Shown: in pieces, positions 1 to 16,768 of the stretch | How positions within the stretch are numbered: the first letter of the stretch is position 1 | Layout: the number at the start of each line of letters is the position of its first letter | Source: Scenedesmus sp. PABB004 | Taxonomy: Eukaryota | Direction: 5' to 3' | Length of the DNA: 64,000 nt | Assembly: GCA_014905635.1 (NCBI GenBank) | Contig: JABVCE010000010.1 | Span: 744,001 to 808,000 of the forward strand | Notes under the pieces: model-generated | The model's input: the letters and a program-made list of their open reading frames with translations, nothing else | Database searches by the model: none | What the model was told of the DNA's origin: nothing | Translations under genes and position numbers: made by a program

Positions 1-298
1 GGGCGGGCAGCGTGGGGCGAGGGCCGCGCGTCGAGGGTCGCGGTGCTGGCGCGGCGCTGACCACGTGGCGCGCGCACGGCCCTGGCGCGCGCACGGCCCT
101 GGCGCGGGGCGCGCGCCGCACCTCCTTGCCGCCGCCGGGCAGCGCGTCGAAGAAGAAGCCCAGGCTGTCCAGCCAGGGCGCGTCGTCGGCGCTCGCAAAG
201 GCGAGCTCCATCGCGTACAGGAACCGCTGCCAGGCCTCGCAGACCTGGTCCCAGCAACTCGGCGCGGCCTGGCCGTCGAGCGAGGGGGGCGCCGCCAT
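1..298 (-). CDS. 5' part of an unknown protein gene (first exon 298-122, continues off the window)
   Basis: ATG at 298 opens MAAPPSLDGQAAPSCWDQVCEAWQRFLYAMELAFASADDAPWLDSLGFFFDALPGGGKE, which has coding-like composition and ends at a GAG|GTGCGG donor. No family recognised. Confidence 0.55.
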   Translation of the reverse strand, partial: MAAPPSLDGQAAPSCWDQVCEAWQRFLYAMELAFASADDAPWLDSLGFFFDALPGGGKEVRRAPRARAVRAPGPCARHVVSAAPAPRPSTRGPRPTLPA

Positions 299-957
299 GG
301 CTCGCGCCGCAGCCCCCGGCGAGCGCCGCACAGCTGGCAGCGGCAGCGACGCACGGCAGCTGCGCTGCGCGAGAGCCACGCCGCGGGCGCGGCGGCGCCG
401 GCCCAGGGAGCGAGGCCGGGCCGGGGCCGCGCGTCCGACCCTGGAACGAGCTCCCCCGGCGCCGGCAGCGGCGCCGGCAGCGGCGGCGGCGGCGCGTAGG
501 CCGGCGTCGGGTGCGGCGCGCGGGCGGCGGCGCGGCGAGGTGGCCGACCACGCGGGCGCGCTGGTGGGGAGCGGGCGCTGTGGCGGTCGCGAGCGGGGGG
601 CGCAGACGCCACAGGCGCGCCTCGTCACGCCGGTGCACCTTCGCTCGCCGCGGAGCACCCCCCGGGCCTCAGATCGCGGGAGCGCTCCAGTTGCCTCCCT
701 GCCGCTGTCCTGCGATCGCCCCCGCGGTCCTGCGCGCTCGCCGTCCGGCCGGCCCGCACGCCTCCTCGCCCACCGCCGCCCGCCGGCCCGTGCGCACCGC
801 GGTCGCGCCGCCACCGATATCAGGACCTCGCCTGCGAGGGCGCCACCCGCAGCGCGCGGCGGCGGAGCGGGGGCAGCAGCAGCAGATGGCCTCCCCTTTC
901 CCGGGCCCGCCACGCGCGTAGGCCCGCGCCCCAGCGTCCCGCCCGCGCGTGACGGCC

Positions 958-4545
<3,588 letters not shown>

Positions 4546-5336
4546 GCGGCGGCGCCGGCGCGGCCGCGCGCGTGCGCCCGCAGCGGCGAGCGGCGCCGCC
4601 GGCGCGGCCCGGCGCGGCGCGGCGCGCTTTTTGGCCCGGGCCGCGCGGCGCGGCAGCGGCGGGAGACACGCAGGGCGCGCCCGTCCGCGCGGTTTTTGGC
4701 GCGCTCCGCGCACAGCCCCGACGCCCCGGGCCGGGCCGGCGGCCGGCAGCTGGCGGCGTGATTGCGGGCGCGGCGCGCGCTTGTACAGGTTTTGCGGGCG
4801 GGGATCGCACACTGGGCGGCTGCGGGTTATTCGCTTGGCCATTTGTTGCACTACACGCGCGCAGCGTGCTGCCTGCCGCGCGGTAAGCGGCAAGCGGGAG
4901 CCCTCGCCGCGACTGGCCAGCGCGACGGCAGATCACGCAGCGCAGTCCGGGGCCGCACCGTGGGCGTGCAAACACTGGCGCCAGCGCCTCCCCCGTGCCG
5001 GTCACAGGACCGGGCGCTGTCCAAGGACAGCGGCAGCTGCGCCGCCTGGCTGCAGGGCGGCGCGAGCAGCCCGTGTGCGCGCACGCAGCCGCCGCCAGGC
5101 TGCGCCGCCGCCCTCCCGTCGTGCGTTGGCCGGCTCGCGCTGGCGAGGCCGGCGGGCGCGCGGCTGCGCCGACGTATCTGCCTCCTGCGCCACTCCTGCG
5201 CTGTGTGCTTTGCGCCTGCAGGGTGCCTGTCTCTCAGCACCCCCGCGCACGACACCGGTGCTTGCGCAGCACGCGCGCACGAATGAAATGAGCTGCATCC
5301 ACGAGCAGACTGCGTGAGTGCACCTCCCTGCGCAGT

Positions 5337-8128
5337 TCAGCCGCCCCTAGCCGCAAAAAAGAGCCAGGCGCCGCGGCACGGCGGCCGCGGTGCGGGCGGC
5401 GGCTTGACGCGCGCGGGGCGGCCCACGGGGCCGGCCGGGTCCTCCAGCTCCACCACCTGCGAGATGGTCGCCCGGCACACCGGGCACTCGGACGGCGGGC
5501 GCGCGAAGAGCACGTGCGCGCAGCGCCAGCAGTAGCCTCCGTGCCCGCACTCGATGAGCACGCAGGTCGCGGGGCGGTCGTAGCAGATGGTGCAGAGGCC
5601 GTCGTCGGGCTCCGCCGCGGCGGCGAGCGGCGCCGCGAGCGGCGGCGCGCCGGCCTCGGGCCCCGGCGCCGCCGTGGCGCAGCCGGCGCCGCCGGCGGGC
5701 TCGACGCACACGCAGAGGTCGGGCGGCGCGGGCTGCTCGCCGGCGCCGCTCGCGTCGGCCGCCGGCGCGGGCGCCACCGCCGCGCTGCCGCTGCGCGGCC
5801 GCGGCACGACCTGCACGCAGACAGTGACGCCGCCGCCGTCCGAGCCCGCGCCCCGCACGGCTGCGTCGGCGGCCCGAACCAGCAGCACCCCTGCGGGGCG
5901 TGCGACGGGGCGAGGGTCAGCGCGGCCCCAGCTCGCCGCGAGCAGCCCGCGCCCCTTCGCCCCGCGCCTGCCCCTGCGCCTGCCGCCGCCGCCGCACCTC
6001 CTCCACCGCCGCGCCGAGGCCCGCCAGCGGCGCGGTGCCGTCGGCGTCGATGCACCGCAGCATGCCCAGCGGCGCGCCATGCGCCGCGCCGCCCTTGGCG
6101 CCGCCCGGCGGCGGCGCGCCGACGCTGAGCAGCGCGCGGCGGTAGAGCGTCGTGCCGACGCGCAGCAGCTGCTGCGGCGCCGCCTTGCCCTGCGCGGCGC
6201 GGCGCGGCGGCGTCGGCGGGCGCGCCCACCCGCCCTGGCCGCACCCGCCGCCGCCGCGGGGACTCCCAGGCGGAGCAGGCCTGGGCCCGCCCGCCGCACC
6301 CGCGGTCAGCCGCCCCCGCTGCACACACGCCCGCACCTCCATCATGCGCATCGCCACGCGCGCGAGCTGCTCGTCGGTCATCTTGTCGACCGCGCTGCGC
6401 ATGTCGTCGAGCTCGAGCCGCATCAGCGTCCGCGCCGCCGCCTCGTGCGCGGTCCACACCTGCCCCGCCGCCGCGAGGCGCGCGCGCAGGCGCTCCTTGG
6501 CGCGCAGGCCGGAGCAGATGACCAGCCCCGCACCCCACATCGCCGCCCAGCTCGCGACCTGCGGCGCCAGGACTTGCTGTGCGCGGCGGCGGCGCCGGCG
6601 GCGGCTCAGCAACGGCGGCTCAGCGGTGCGGGGCCCGTCAGTGCGGGCGGCGCCGCGCTGCCCCCCCCCCCCCACACACACACACCACACACCACACACG
6701 CAGGCACGCACGCACGCCTCCCACAGGGACGCCCCCCGGGGCCCGCGCACCCGCGGCGTGACGGCGTCGTCGCCGTCCAGGTAGTTGCAGAGGTAGACAA
6801 AGAACGGCAGCTGGCCCGCCGCGGACAGCAGCAGCGCGAGGAAGCCGCCCGGGAGCGCGAGCTCGCGCAGGCCCATGCACGCGTACGCGACGACGATCAC
6901 GCCGCCCGTCTGGCGGCGGCGGCGGCGGCCGGTCATGTTCGCGCGCGCGGCGGCGGCGCGGCGCGGCTTGGCGCGCGCCGAGGGCCCCTCCCTCCCATCC
7001 GCCGCACCACGAGCGCGCCGAGCGCGAGCGCGCCAAACCACATCCAGGGTATGAGGAAGACCACGGACCACGCGTAGGGCGCGACGCCGTCGAGCTTGAG
7101 GGCCACAAAGAGCAGCGCGATGAACCCCAGGTCCCGCAGCCCGCCCACCTGGCGCTCGGAGCGCGGCTTGGCAAACGCGAGCGCAAAGGTCAGCCCCCAC
7201 GCGACCCTGCGCGCGGCGGCGGCGGCCGCGGCGGCGGGCGCGTGGGGCGCGGGCGGGCGCGCGCTCGGGCGCGTGGCGGCGGCGGGGGCGCGGCGCGTCG
7301 GGTGCCGCCCGCGCGAGCTCACTCACCAGCACGGCAGCAGCAGCAGGCGCCAGCTGAAGTCCGGCGAGAACAGCACGCCCGCAGTCAGCGCCTTGCAGAG
7401 CAGGCCCTGCGCGCGCGGCGCGGCGCGGCGCGGCCCGGCGCGGCGCGGCGGGCCGTCAGCCGCGCGCGCCGGCCGGCGCGTGCGGAGCGCGTCCGTGTCG
7501 CGGCTGGCGCGGCCGCGGCGCGCACCTTGACCGCGGCGCCTGCGAGCGTCTCTATGAGTTCGCACGCGTTGTCCACCAGCAGCGCGGCGCGGCGCTCGCC
7601 GGCCATGGCCTCGTACTGCCGGACCATGCCCGGCGACGCGCGGCGCGGCGGCGGCGGGCCCAGCTGCTCCTGCACCAGCGCGCCCTGCGGCGCGCGGCCG
7701 GGCGCGGCGCGCGCCGGGGCTCGCAGGACGGGCGCGCGCGCGCTGCGCCGCGCGCCGCGCTCGCAGGACTGCGCCGGCGCACCGCCTTGGCGAAGACGCC
7801 CGTGATCAGCACCACGTGCGCGGCGTGGCCCAGCCACAGCGGCAGGAACACCAGTGCCCATGCCAGCGGCGCGCCGCGCTCCAGCTGCGGCGGCGGCGGC
7901 GCGGCCCGCGCGCGCTCGGCGGACCGCCGCGCGGGCCGGCGCCCGCCCGCCGCGCGCCGCGCACACCTGCAGCAGCAGCAGGCCCGCGAAGACGGAGTTT
8001 GGCAGCCATGCGCAGGTCACGTAGGCGCCAAACACGCCGCTGTGCAGGCGCAGCTTCGAGGGCGTGAGGATCAGGTTGTCGCCCTCCCCCGCCGCCGCGC
8101 GGACGCGCTGCGCGGCGCTGGCCGGCAT
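5337..8128 (-). CDS. Multi-pass membrane protein (TMEM185/fragile-X-F-like) with C-terminal C3HC4 RING, putative E3 ligase
   Basis: Hydrophobic exons with W-x-x-VF-x-P-x-W motifs (AWALVFLPLWLGH, LKLDGVAPYAWSVVFLIPWMW) and C-terminal CTICYDRPATCVLIECGHGGYCWRCA...CPVCR. Confidence 0.8.
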
Positions 8129-9150
8129 CGTGGCGGCTCTAGAGCCCCCTCCGCCCCGTGGGACCAGCGCCGGCGCTCAGCGGCGCGCCATGGCGGCGGC
8201 GGCGCCGCCGCAGCGGCGCGCGCAGCAGCGGCGGCGGCCCCGCTCGCCCGCGGCCCGGCAGCGCGTGGCGCGCCGACGGGTGCTGAATTTATGCGCCCTC
8301 GCTGATATGGCGTGCCGGTATTGGCGAGGGAATGGCGAGGGCGCGCGTTCAATGGCGGTCGCGCGCAACAGCAGGTCGTTACTGCGCTGCCGCTGCACTG
8401 CGAGGGGGGCAGAGCCCCGTATCAAACGATTGTGGCGTGACAATGCTTGAGAGGAGGCGCGCCGCGTCGCAGCACCGCGCAGGGTCCGGGACGAGCGAGC
8501 CGCCGGGGTCTGAGTGCCGCCGGCTCCTGCGCGGTCGCGGGACCGCCCCCCGGGATCTGCGTGTGGTGGCGCGCAGGCTGCGGCGCGGCGGGCGTGAGCT
8601 GCTGCCGACGGCGCCGCGCGGGCGGCGGCCAGAACAGGCCGCGCGGCTTGAGCGCGCGGCTCGCGCAGCCCGCGCGCTGCTGGTGCCGCGGGCCCTGGGC
8701 CCACGTCCGGGGGCGCGATTACACGCGGTCCCGCCAGACGCCGCCGCGCCGGCAGGCGGCCGCCGCTGCCGCGCCGGCAGCGGCGCGCTGCTCAAAGCCG
8801 CGCGCGCTCGATCGCGCACTGGTGCCCGATGGGCCCGCCCACAACCAAGCAGGGCGAAACGAAGAGATGAGCCGGCAGCAGCGCGCAGGCAACCAACACC
8901 TACCTTGCGGCGCGCGGCGAGCTCCGGCGCTGCGCGCTGTGTGTGTGCTGCGTGTGCGCGACGACGTCGACCACGACGGCAGGCGGCAACAGGATAACAG
9001 CAAAAGGCGCGGCAACCACAGCGCAAGTCCCTGGCGGAACAGAACGGTCAACAACCGCGCGCGCCGCCGCCGAAACGAACGAACGGCGCGCAAACGAGAG
9101 CAACAAACGCGTACCTCCTCGCCACGCCACGCCACGTCGCCGCCGCGCGC

Positions 9151-9905
9151 TCACTGCGGCCAGCCCATCTGCGGCTGCCCGGCGAAGCCTGCCGGCGCCG
9201 GGTGCTGCTGCTGCTGCAGCTGCGGCTGCTGCTGCTGCGGGTAGCCCAGCGGCGACTGCAGGGCCGGCTGCTGCGCCGCCGCCTGGCCCGCCGCCGCGCC
9301 CGCGCCGGCCCCCGCCGCGGCGCCGGCTGCGCCGCTGCTGGCCGGCCCGCTGGCCGCCGGCGGCGCCGGCGCCGGCGCGGGGCCCACGAGCGCCGCCGCC
9401 GCGGCGTAGTCGTAGCCGCCCGCGCTGGCGGGCGCCATGCCGGCGGCGCCCATGAGGCCGCCGCCGGGCGCGCCGTACGAGGGCCCACCGGCGCCGGGCG
9501 CGGCGTACGCGCCGGCCAGGCCGCCGTAGCCGCCGGCCGCGTACGCGCCGCCGGCCGCGTACGCACCGGCCGCGGCGCCGCCGGCGAGCGCCGGCGGCGC
9601 CATGCCGCCGCCGCCCATCGTGCCTGCCACGCCTGGCTCGCTGCCGTAGCCGCCGGCCGGCCCCGGCACGCCGCCGTACATGCCGCCGGGCTGCTGCTGC
9701 GTCTGCGGCTGCTGCTGGGGCTGCTGTGGCTGCTGGGGTTGCTGCTGCTGGGGCTGCTGCTCCAGGCCGCTGTACATGCCAGCGGGCTGCACGCCGCCGT
9801 ACATGACGGGCGGCTGCTGCACGCCGCCGTACATGGCGGCCGGCTGCTGCTGCATGCCGCCGTACATGGCGGCCGGCTGCTGCACGCCGCCGTACACGCC
9901 ACCGA

Positions 9906-9943
<38 letters not shown>

Positions 9944-12037
9944 AGGGCGCCGCCGTACATGCCGCCCGGCTGCTGCACGCCCATGCCGCCGGCGAGCATG
10001 CCTGCGCCCATGCCGGCGCCGGCCATCATGGGGTCCAGCATGCTGCCGCCGAGCATGGCGCCGCCGCCGGCCATCATGCCGCCGGCGCCGGTCATCATGC
10101 CGCCGGGGGGCGCCATCATGCCGCCGCCCATGCCCATGCCCACGCCCATGCCGCCCACGCCCATGCCGGGCATCGCCATGCCGCCCAGCATCGCCATGCC
10201 GCCGGGCGCAGACATGGCGCCGAGGCCGGCGGCGCCGAGGCCGGCCGGGCCGCGCAGGCCCGCCGCCGCCTTGGCCTGCTGCTGCTTGTGCTCCATCGCG
10301 CGGTTGACCGTGATCCACCGCGCGCCGATGGTCTGGCCGTTGAGCCGCGCGAGCGCCGCGAGCGTGCCGCCGTCGTCCGTGAACTCGCAAAAGGCAAAGC
10401 CCTGCGACACGCGGCGGCGCGCGGCGCGCGTGGCGCCGCCGGCCGAGGCCGCGCCGCGGCGGTCGGCCGCCGCCGCCGGCGCGCCCGCCCGCCCGCCGCC
10501 GCGCGCGCGCGCCCCGCGCCGCGGGCGTGCTCACCCGGGAGCGGCCGGTGAAGGAGTCGGTCATGATGTGGAGGTGCTTCAGCGACCCGTACGCCGACAG
10601 CATGCTCGCGACCTGGCGCCGGCGGCGCCGGCGGCGCGCGGGGGTCAGCACGCGCCGCGTGCGTGCGGCGCCGAGCCAGGCGGCGCGCGGGGGCCCGTGG
10701 GGCGCGCGGGCGGGTGCGTGCGCGCACCTGGGCCTCGCCCCAGTCCATGGGCAGGCCGCCGACGTAAAGCGTGTTCCAGGTGCGCTCGTACTGCCCCGGC
10801 CGCGGCCGCGGCGCCGTCGCGGCCGCGGCGTCGCCGGGCCCCGGCTCCGCGCCCGTGCCCGCGCCCGCGCCCGGCGACGGCGGCTCGTGGTGCGCCGCCG
10901 GCGGCGCCGAGCCGGGCGCGGGCTTGATGGTGAGGCTGCTGAGGTCGATCGTGGGGTCGGGCACGTCGGGGCCCAGCATCAGCGCCGTGCGCGCGTCGTA
11001 CTTGGCTGGGCGCTTGATCTGCGCGGCGCGGGGCGGCGCGGGGCGGCGCGGGGCGGGTGAGGCGCGGGGCGGGCGAGTCGAGGCGGGGCGGGCGCGGCAC
11101 GCCTCCGCCACGCGCCGCCGCCGCCGCCGCCACGCGCCGCCGCCGCCCCTCCCCCCCCCCCCCTACACACACACACACACACACCTTGAGCCCCATCGCG
11201 CCGCGCATGACGGCGCCGTCGAGGGCCATGACGTTGGTCGCCTCCTCCGCGCTGCGCAGCTCGATGAAGGCAAAGCCCTTGTCCGGGCTCAGCCGCACGC
11301 TCGTGATCGCGGGCCCGGGGCCCACCGCCGCGCCGCTCGCCGCGATCGCGTCGCTCAGGAAGGACGTGAGCTCCTCCTGCGCGGCGGCGGGCGGCGCGCG
11401 GCGCGCGCGCGGCGGCGGGCGGCGCGGGCGCAAGGCGTGAGCGCGCGGCGGCGCGAGCGCGCGGCGCAGGGCGCGGCGGGAATGCGCGTCGCCGCGCCTG
11501 CTTCACGTCAAACGGCAGCCCGCCCACGAAGATGCGCCGCGCGTGCTGCACCGCGACGGGGTTGGTCGGCTCCAGCGCGAGCTGCAGCTTGTGCATCCAC
11601 GCGCGCAGGTGGCGCAGCTGCGCCCCGAGCTTGGCCATGCGCGGGTCGGCGCCCGCGGCGGCGGCGCCCGCGCCGTCGCCGGCGCCGGCGCCGCCGGCGT
11701 CGGGCCCTGCGCGGCGCGCGGCGCGTGGCGGCGGGTGAGTGCCGGGCGGCGCGGCGCCCCCGCGGCGCGGCGCCCCGCGCGCGGCGCGCACCCGCCGCTC
11801 CGTCGGGCAGCGCCGCCGCGCCCGGCGTCGCCGCCGCCGCCGCGCCGTCGCCGACGCCACCCGCCGGCAGCTGCGGTCCGATGGCGGGCTCATCCGCCAC
11901 CTTGACGCCGCGGCGCATGGCGGGGCGCGGGCGGCGTGAGCGCCTGCGCGGGCGGCTGAGCTGCTGCTGCTGCTGCTGCTGCCGCGCACCTCTGCGCCGT
12001 CCTCGCCCAGGCGGCGCTTCTTGGTGGCGCTTTCCAT
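9151..12037 (-). CDS. U2AF65 (U2AF large subunit)-like two-RRM protein with a G/M/Q/Y low-complexity C-terminus
   Basis: HARRIFVGGLP...DKGFAFIELRSAEEATNVMALDG...LKIKRPAKYD (RRM1) and TLYVGGLP...SAYGSLKHLHIMTDSFTGRSRGFAFCEFTD...ARLNG (RRM2) match the U2AF65 RRMs. NLS-like TKKRR at the start. Confidence 0.8.
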
Positions 12038-12406
12038 GAGTCGATGACGCGCGCGCTGCGTCACGGCATGCGTCAGAGGCGCGGCGAGCAGCTTGCGGGG
12101 CCCCCGCAGCGCGCGCTGACGCCCGGCAGGCAGCGCGACGAGGCGGGCGTAGCGGGCGTGTGGCACACGGCACGCCGCGGCGGTCGGAGCTCGCGCGGGT
12201 GACCTGTGCGGCCGGCGGCGGTTCTGCGGCCGCCGTTCGAACGTGAGCGCGCGCGCCGCGGATGGCGTCTCGGTCTCCCGCGCGGCCTCACGCACAACCA
12301 CGACGCCTCCTGCCGCCGCCGCCGCCACCGCCACCACCCGCCCACACGCCCGCACACGCCCGCACGCCGCCCGCGCCCCGCGCGCCGAGCCCGCCGGCAC
12401 GCGGCG

Positions 12407-13194
12407 ATGTCCCAGTTCAGCACCGGCGCCCTGGACGACGGCGGCCTGGACCTGCCCACGCAGGCCGGCCCCACGCAGGGCGGCGGGCGCGCCGCGCCGT
12501 GGCCGCCCGGCAGCGGCGCGCCGGCCCGGCAGGCGCTCCTGCACGGTGCCAGCGGCGGCGGCCTGCTGCTCGGCGGCGCCGACGCCGGCGACGACGAGCC
12601 GCTCGGCGACGCCGCCGCCGCGCATGGCAGCGCCGGCAGCCAGGGCGGCGAGGCCGCGGGCGAGGATTGGCTGAGCGAGCAGCTCCGCCAGTTGCTGGTC
12701 GCGGGCGTCTCCAACTTTTTCAGCGCCGAGGTCGCGCCGCGCGCCGCGGTCATCGCAGAGGCGCGCGCGCGGCGCGCGCGGCCGCCGTCGGCGCCGCAGC
12801 GGCGCAAGCACACGGCGCGGCGCAAGCATACGCGGCAGCCAGCGCGCGCCGCGCCGCGCCGCCCATGAGCGCCTGCCTGCCTGCGCGCGGCGCCGCGCAG
12901 GAGGCGGCCAACCTGTCGTACGAGGCGCAGCAGCTGGGAGCCAAGGCCGCGGCGCAGCGCGGCGAGGTGCTGGGCGAGCTCGACCGCCTGCACAAGCTGG
13001 TCGCGAGCTTCCAGGAGCAGATCGCCGCGGTGCGCCACGCGACACCGCGCGCGCCGCTGCCGCCGCTGCCGGGCGGCCGCGCCGCTAGCGGCCGCCCAGC
13101 AGCGCTGCTGGGCGGCCGCGCCGCGCGGCCCGCTCGCGGTTGCGCCCACGCGCCGCGCGCCGCCGGCGCCGCCGCGCAGGCGCTCAACCCCTGA
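12407..13194 (+). CDS. Hypothetical protein with a C-terminal coiled-coil, 3 exons
   Basis: MSQFSTGALDDGGLDLPTQ...DWLSEQLRQLLVAGVSNFF | EAANLSYEAQQLG...ELDRLHKLVASFQEQIAA | ALNP*, with plausible splice sites. Confidence 0.6.
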
Positions 13195-13371
13195 GCTGAG
13201 CACCTGGGCGCCCCGCGAGCCCGCGAGCCCAGCGACGGCGCGGACGGGGCGGCCGCAGCGCGCAGCGTGCCTGGCGGGAGGGGGATCGGTCGCAGGATGG
13301 CCCGTGCTGTGACCTTTTCACAGCGGAGACCCGTGCCTGCCTGCCTCTCCGCGCGGCGCGCGTGCCCCCAG

Positions 13372-15747
<2,376 letters not shown>

Positions 15748-16081
15748 CGGCGGCAAGCGAGACCTCCCACGTGCTGGCCAATTAACGCTCGCCCGGCGCC
15801 GGGTCGACGCGCCCCGCCCCGCCCCCGCCCCGTGCGCTCCAAGCTCTCGCCGCTAGCTCTGGGCCGCGTGGCGCGCTGCGGCCGCAGCTGCGCCGCTGCC
15901 GCCCCGGGCGCCGGCTCCAGCTGGCCGCGGCGCCAGCGCGCTCCTGCCTGCTGCCGCTCCTGCCGCTCCTGCCGCTGCTGCCGCCGCCGCGCTCCAGCGG
16001 CCCCCGCTGCGCGCCGCGCTGCGTCTCTCAGCAGCTGCCTGCGCCCGGACCTTCTCCCGCTGCTGCCTCGCCGCCCCCAGC

Positions 16082-16357
16082 TCAGCTGGAAGCGGGCGGC
16101 TTGTCGCTGGGCGCCTCTGCCGCGAGCCGCTGCGCGGCAGCGGCGGCAGCGGCAGCAGCAGCGGTCGGCGGGGCCCGCCGCCGCGCCAGGCGACGCCCCG
16201 CCACGCCCCGCCGCACCTTCTGCTCGTACTTGTGCTTCTGGATGGCCATTGACGCGCGCATGGCCTCGAAGCCAAAGTATGCGGTGCTCACGACCAGCAC
16301 CGCCACCGTCGCGTGGTGCAGCTTGTCCAGGAAGGCGCTCGCGCGCGGCCCCACCAT
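16082..16357 (-). CDS. COX14: Small single-TM protein, COX14-like cytochrome c oxidase assembly factor, 2 exons
   Basis: MVGPRASAFLDKLHHATVAVLVVSTAYFGFEAMRASMAIQKHKYEQK|RLAAEAPSDKPPASS*. The D-x-x-H-x-x-TV...T-x-Y...KYEQ pattern resembles yeast Cox14 as I recall it. Confidence 0.6.
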   Translation of the reverse strand: MVGPRASAFLDKLHHATVAVLVVSTAYFGFEAMRASMAIQKHKYEQKVRRGVAGRRLARRRAPPTAAAAAAAAAAQRLAAEAPSDKPPASS

Positions 16358-16768
16358 GGCGACCGCTCCCACGATCGACCGCGCCGCGCTGTGCGCGCGG
16401 GGGCTGGTGCCGCTGCGATGCCGGCCCGCGTCTGGCCTGTGGGCGCCGCGCGGAGGTCGGGGGCGGGGCGTTTGCGTGGCAGCGCAGTGGTGGCGATCTC
16501 TGAACGCAGCTCAGGCGTTTCGTGGCCCGCTCAAACCGCGTGACTGCGTGCTCCGGGGCGTGCCAGCTCGCGTGCGGCCGCGATCGCCCAGACCGGCGCC
16601 GCGCTTCTACGCCCGCTCCGTCAGTCGCGCCCAGCCCGACGCGCTCGCGGCCACCCCACCAGCCGCGCGCGCCGCGCGACCGCTGCCGCTGCCGCCGCCG
16701 CCGGCGCCGCCCGCCGGCCGCAGCGGCGCCCCGCTACGCCCCCAGGCGCGGCCCGCAACACGTGCAGC

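Noticed and set aside
8130..9150. Possible ncRNA or small gene in the 1-kb intergenic gap
   Set aside because: No recognisable tRNA, snRNA or snoRNA motif and no coding-like exon. It is best explained as a 3' UTR plus promoter, although an Rfam search would be needed to exclude an RNA gene.
9670..9990. CRISPR-like array (gccgccgtaca recurring with variable spacers)
   Set aside because: The units are short and in frame, encoding MYGG..QQP in a eukaryotic gene, and no cas genes are present.
9680..10927. Cys-rich metallothionein-like ORF on the + strand
   Set aside because: It is the antisense read of CAG (polyQ) codons of the U2AF65-like gene.
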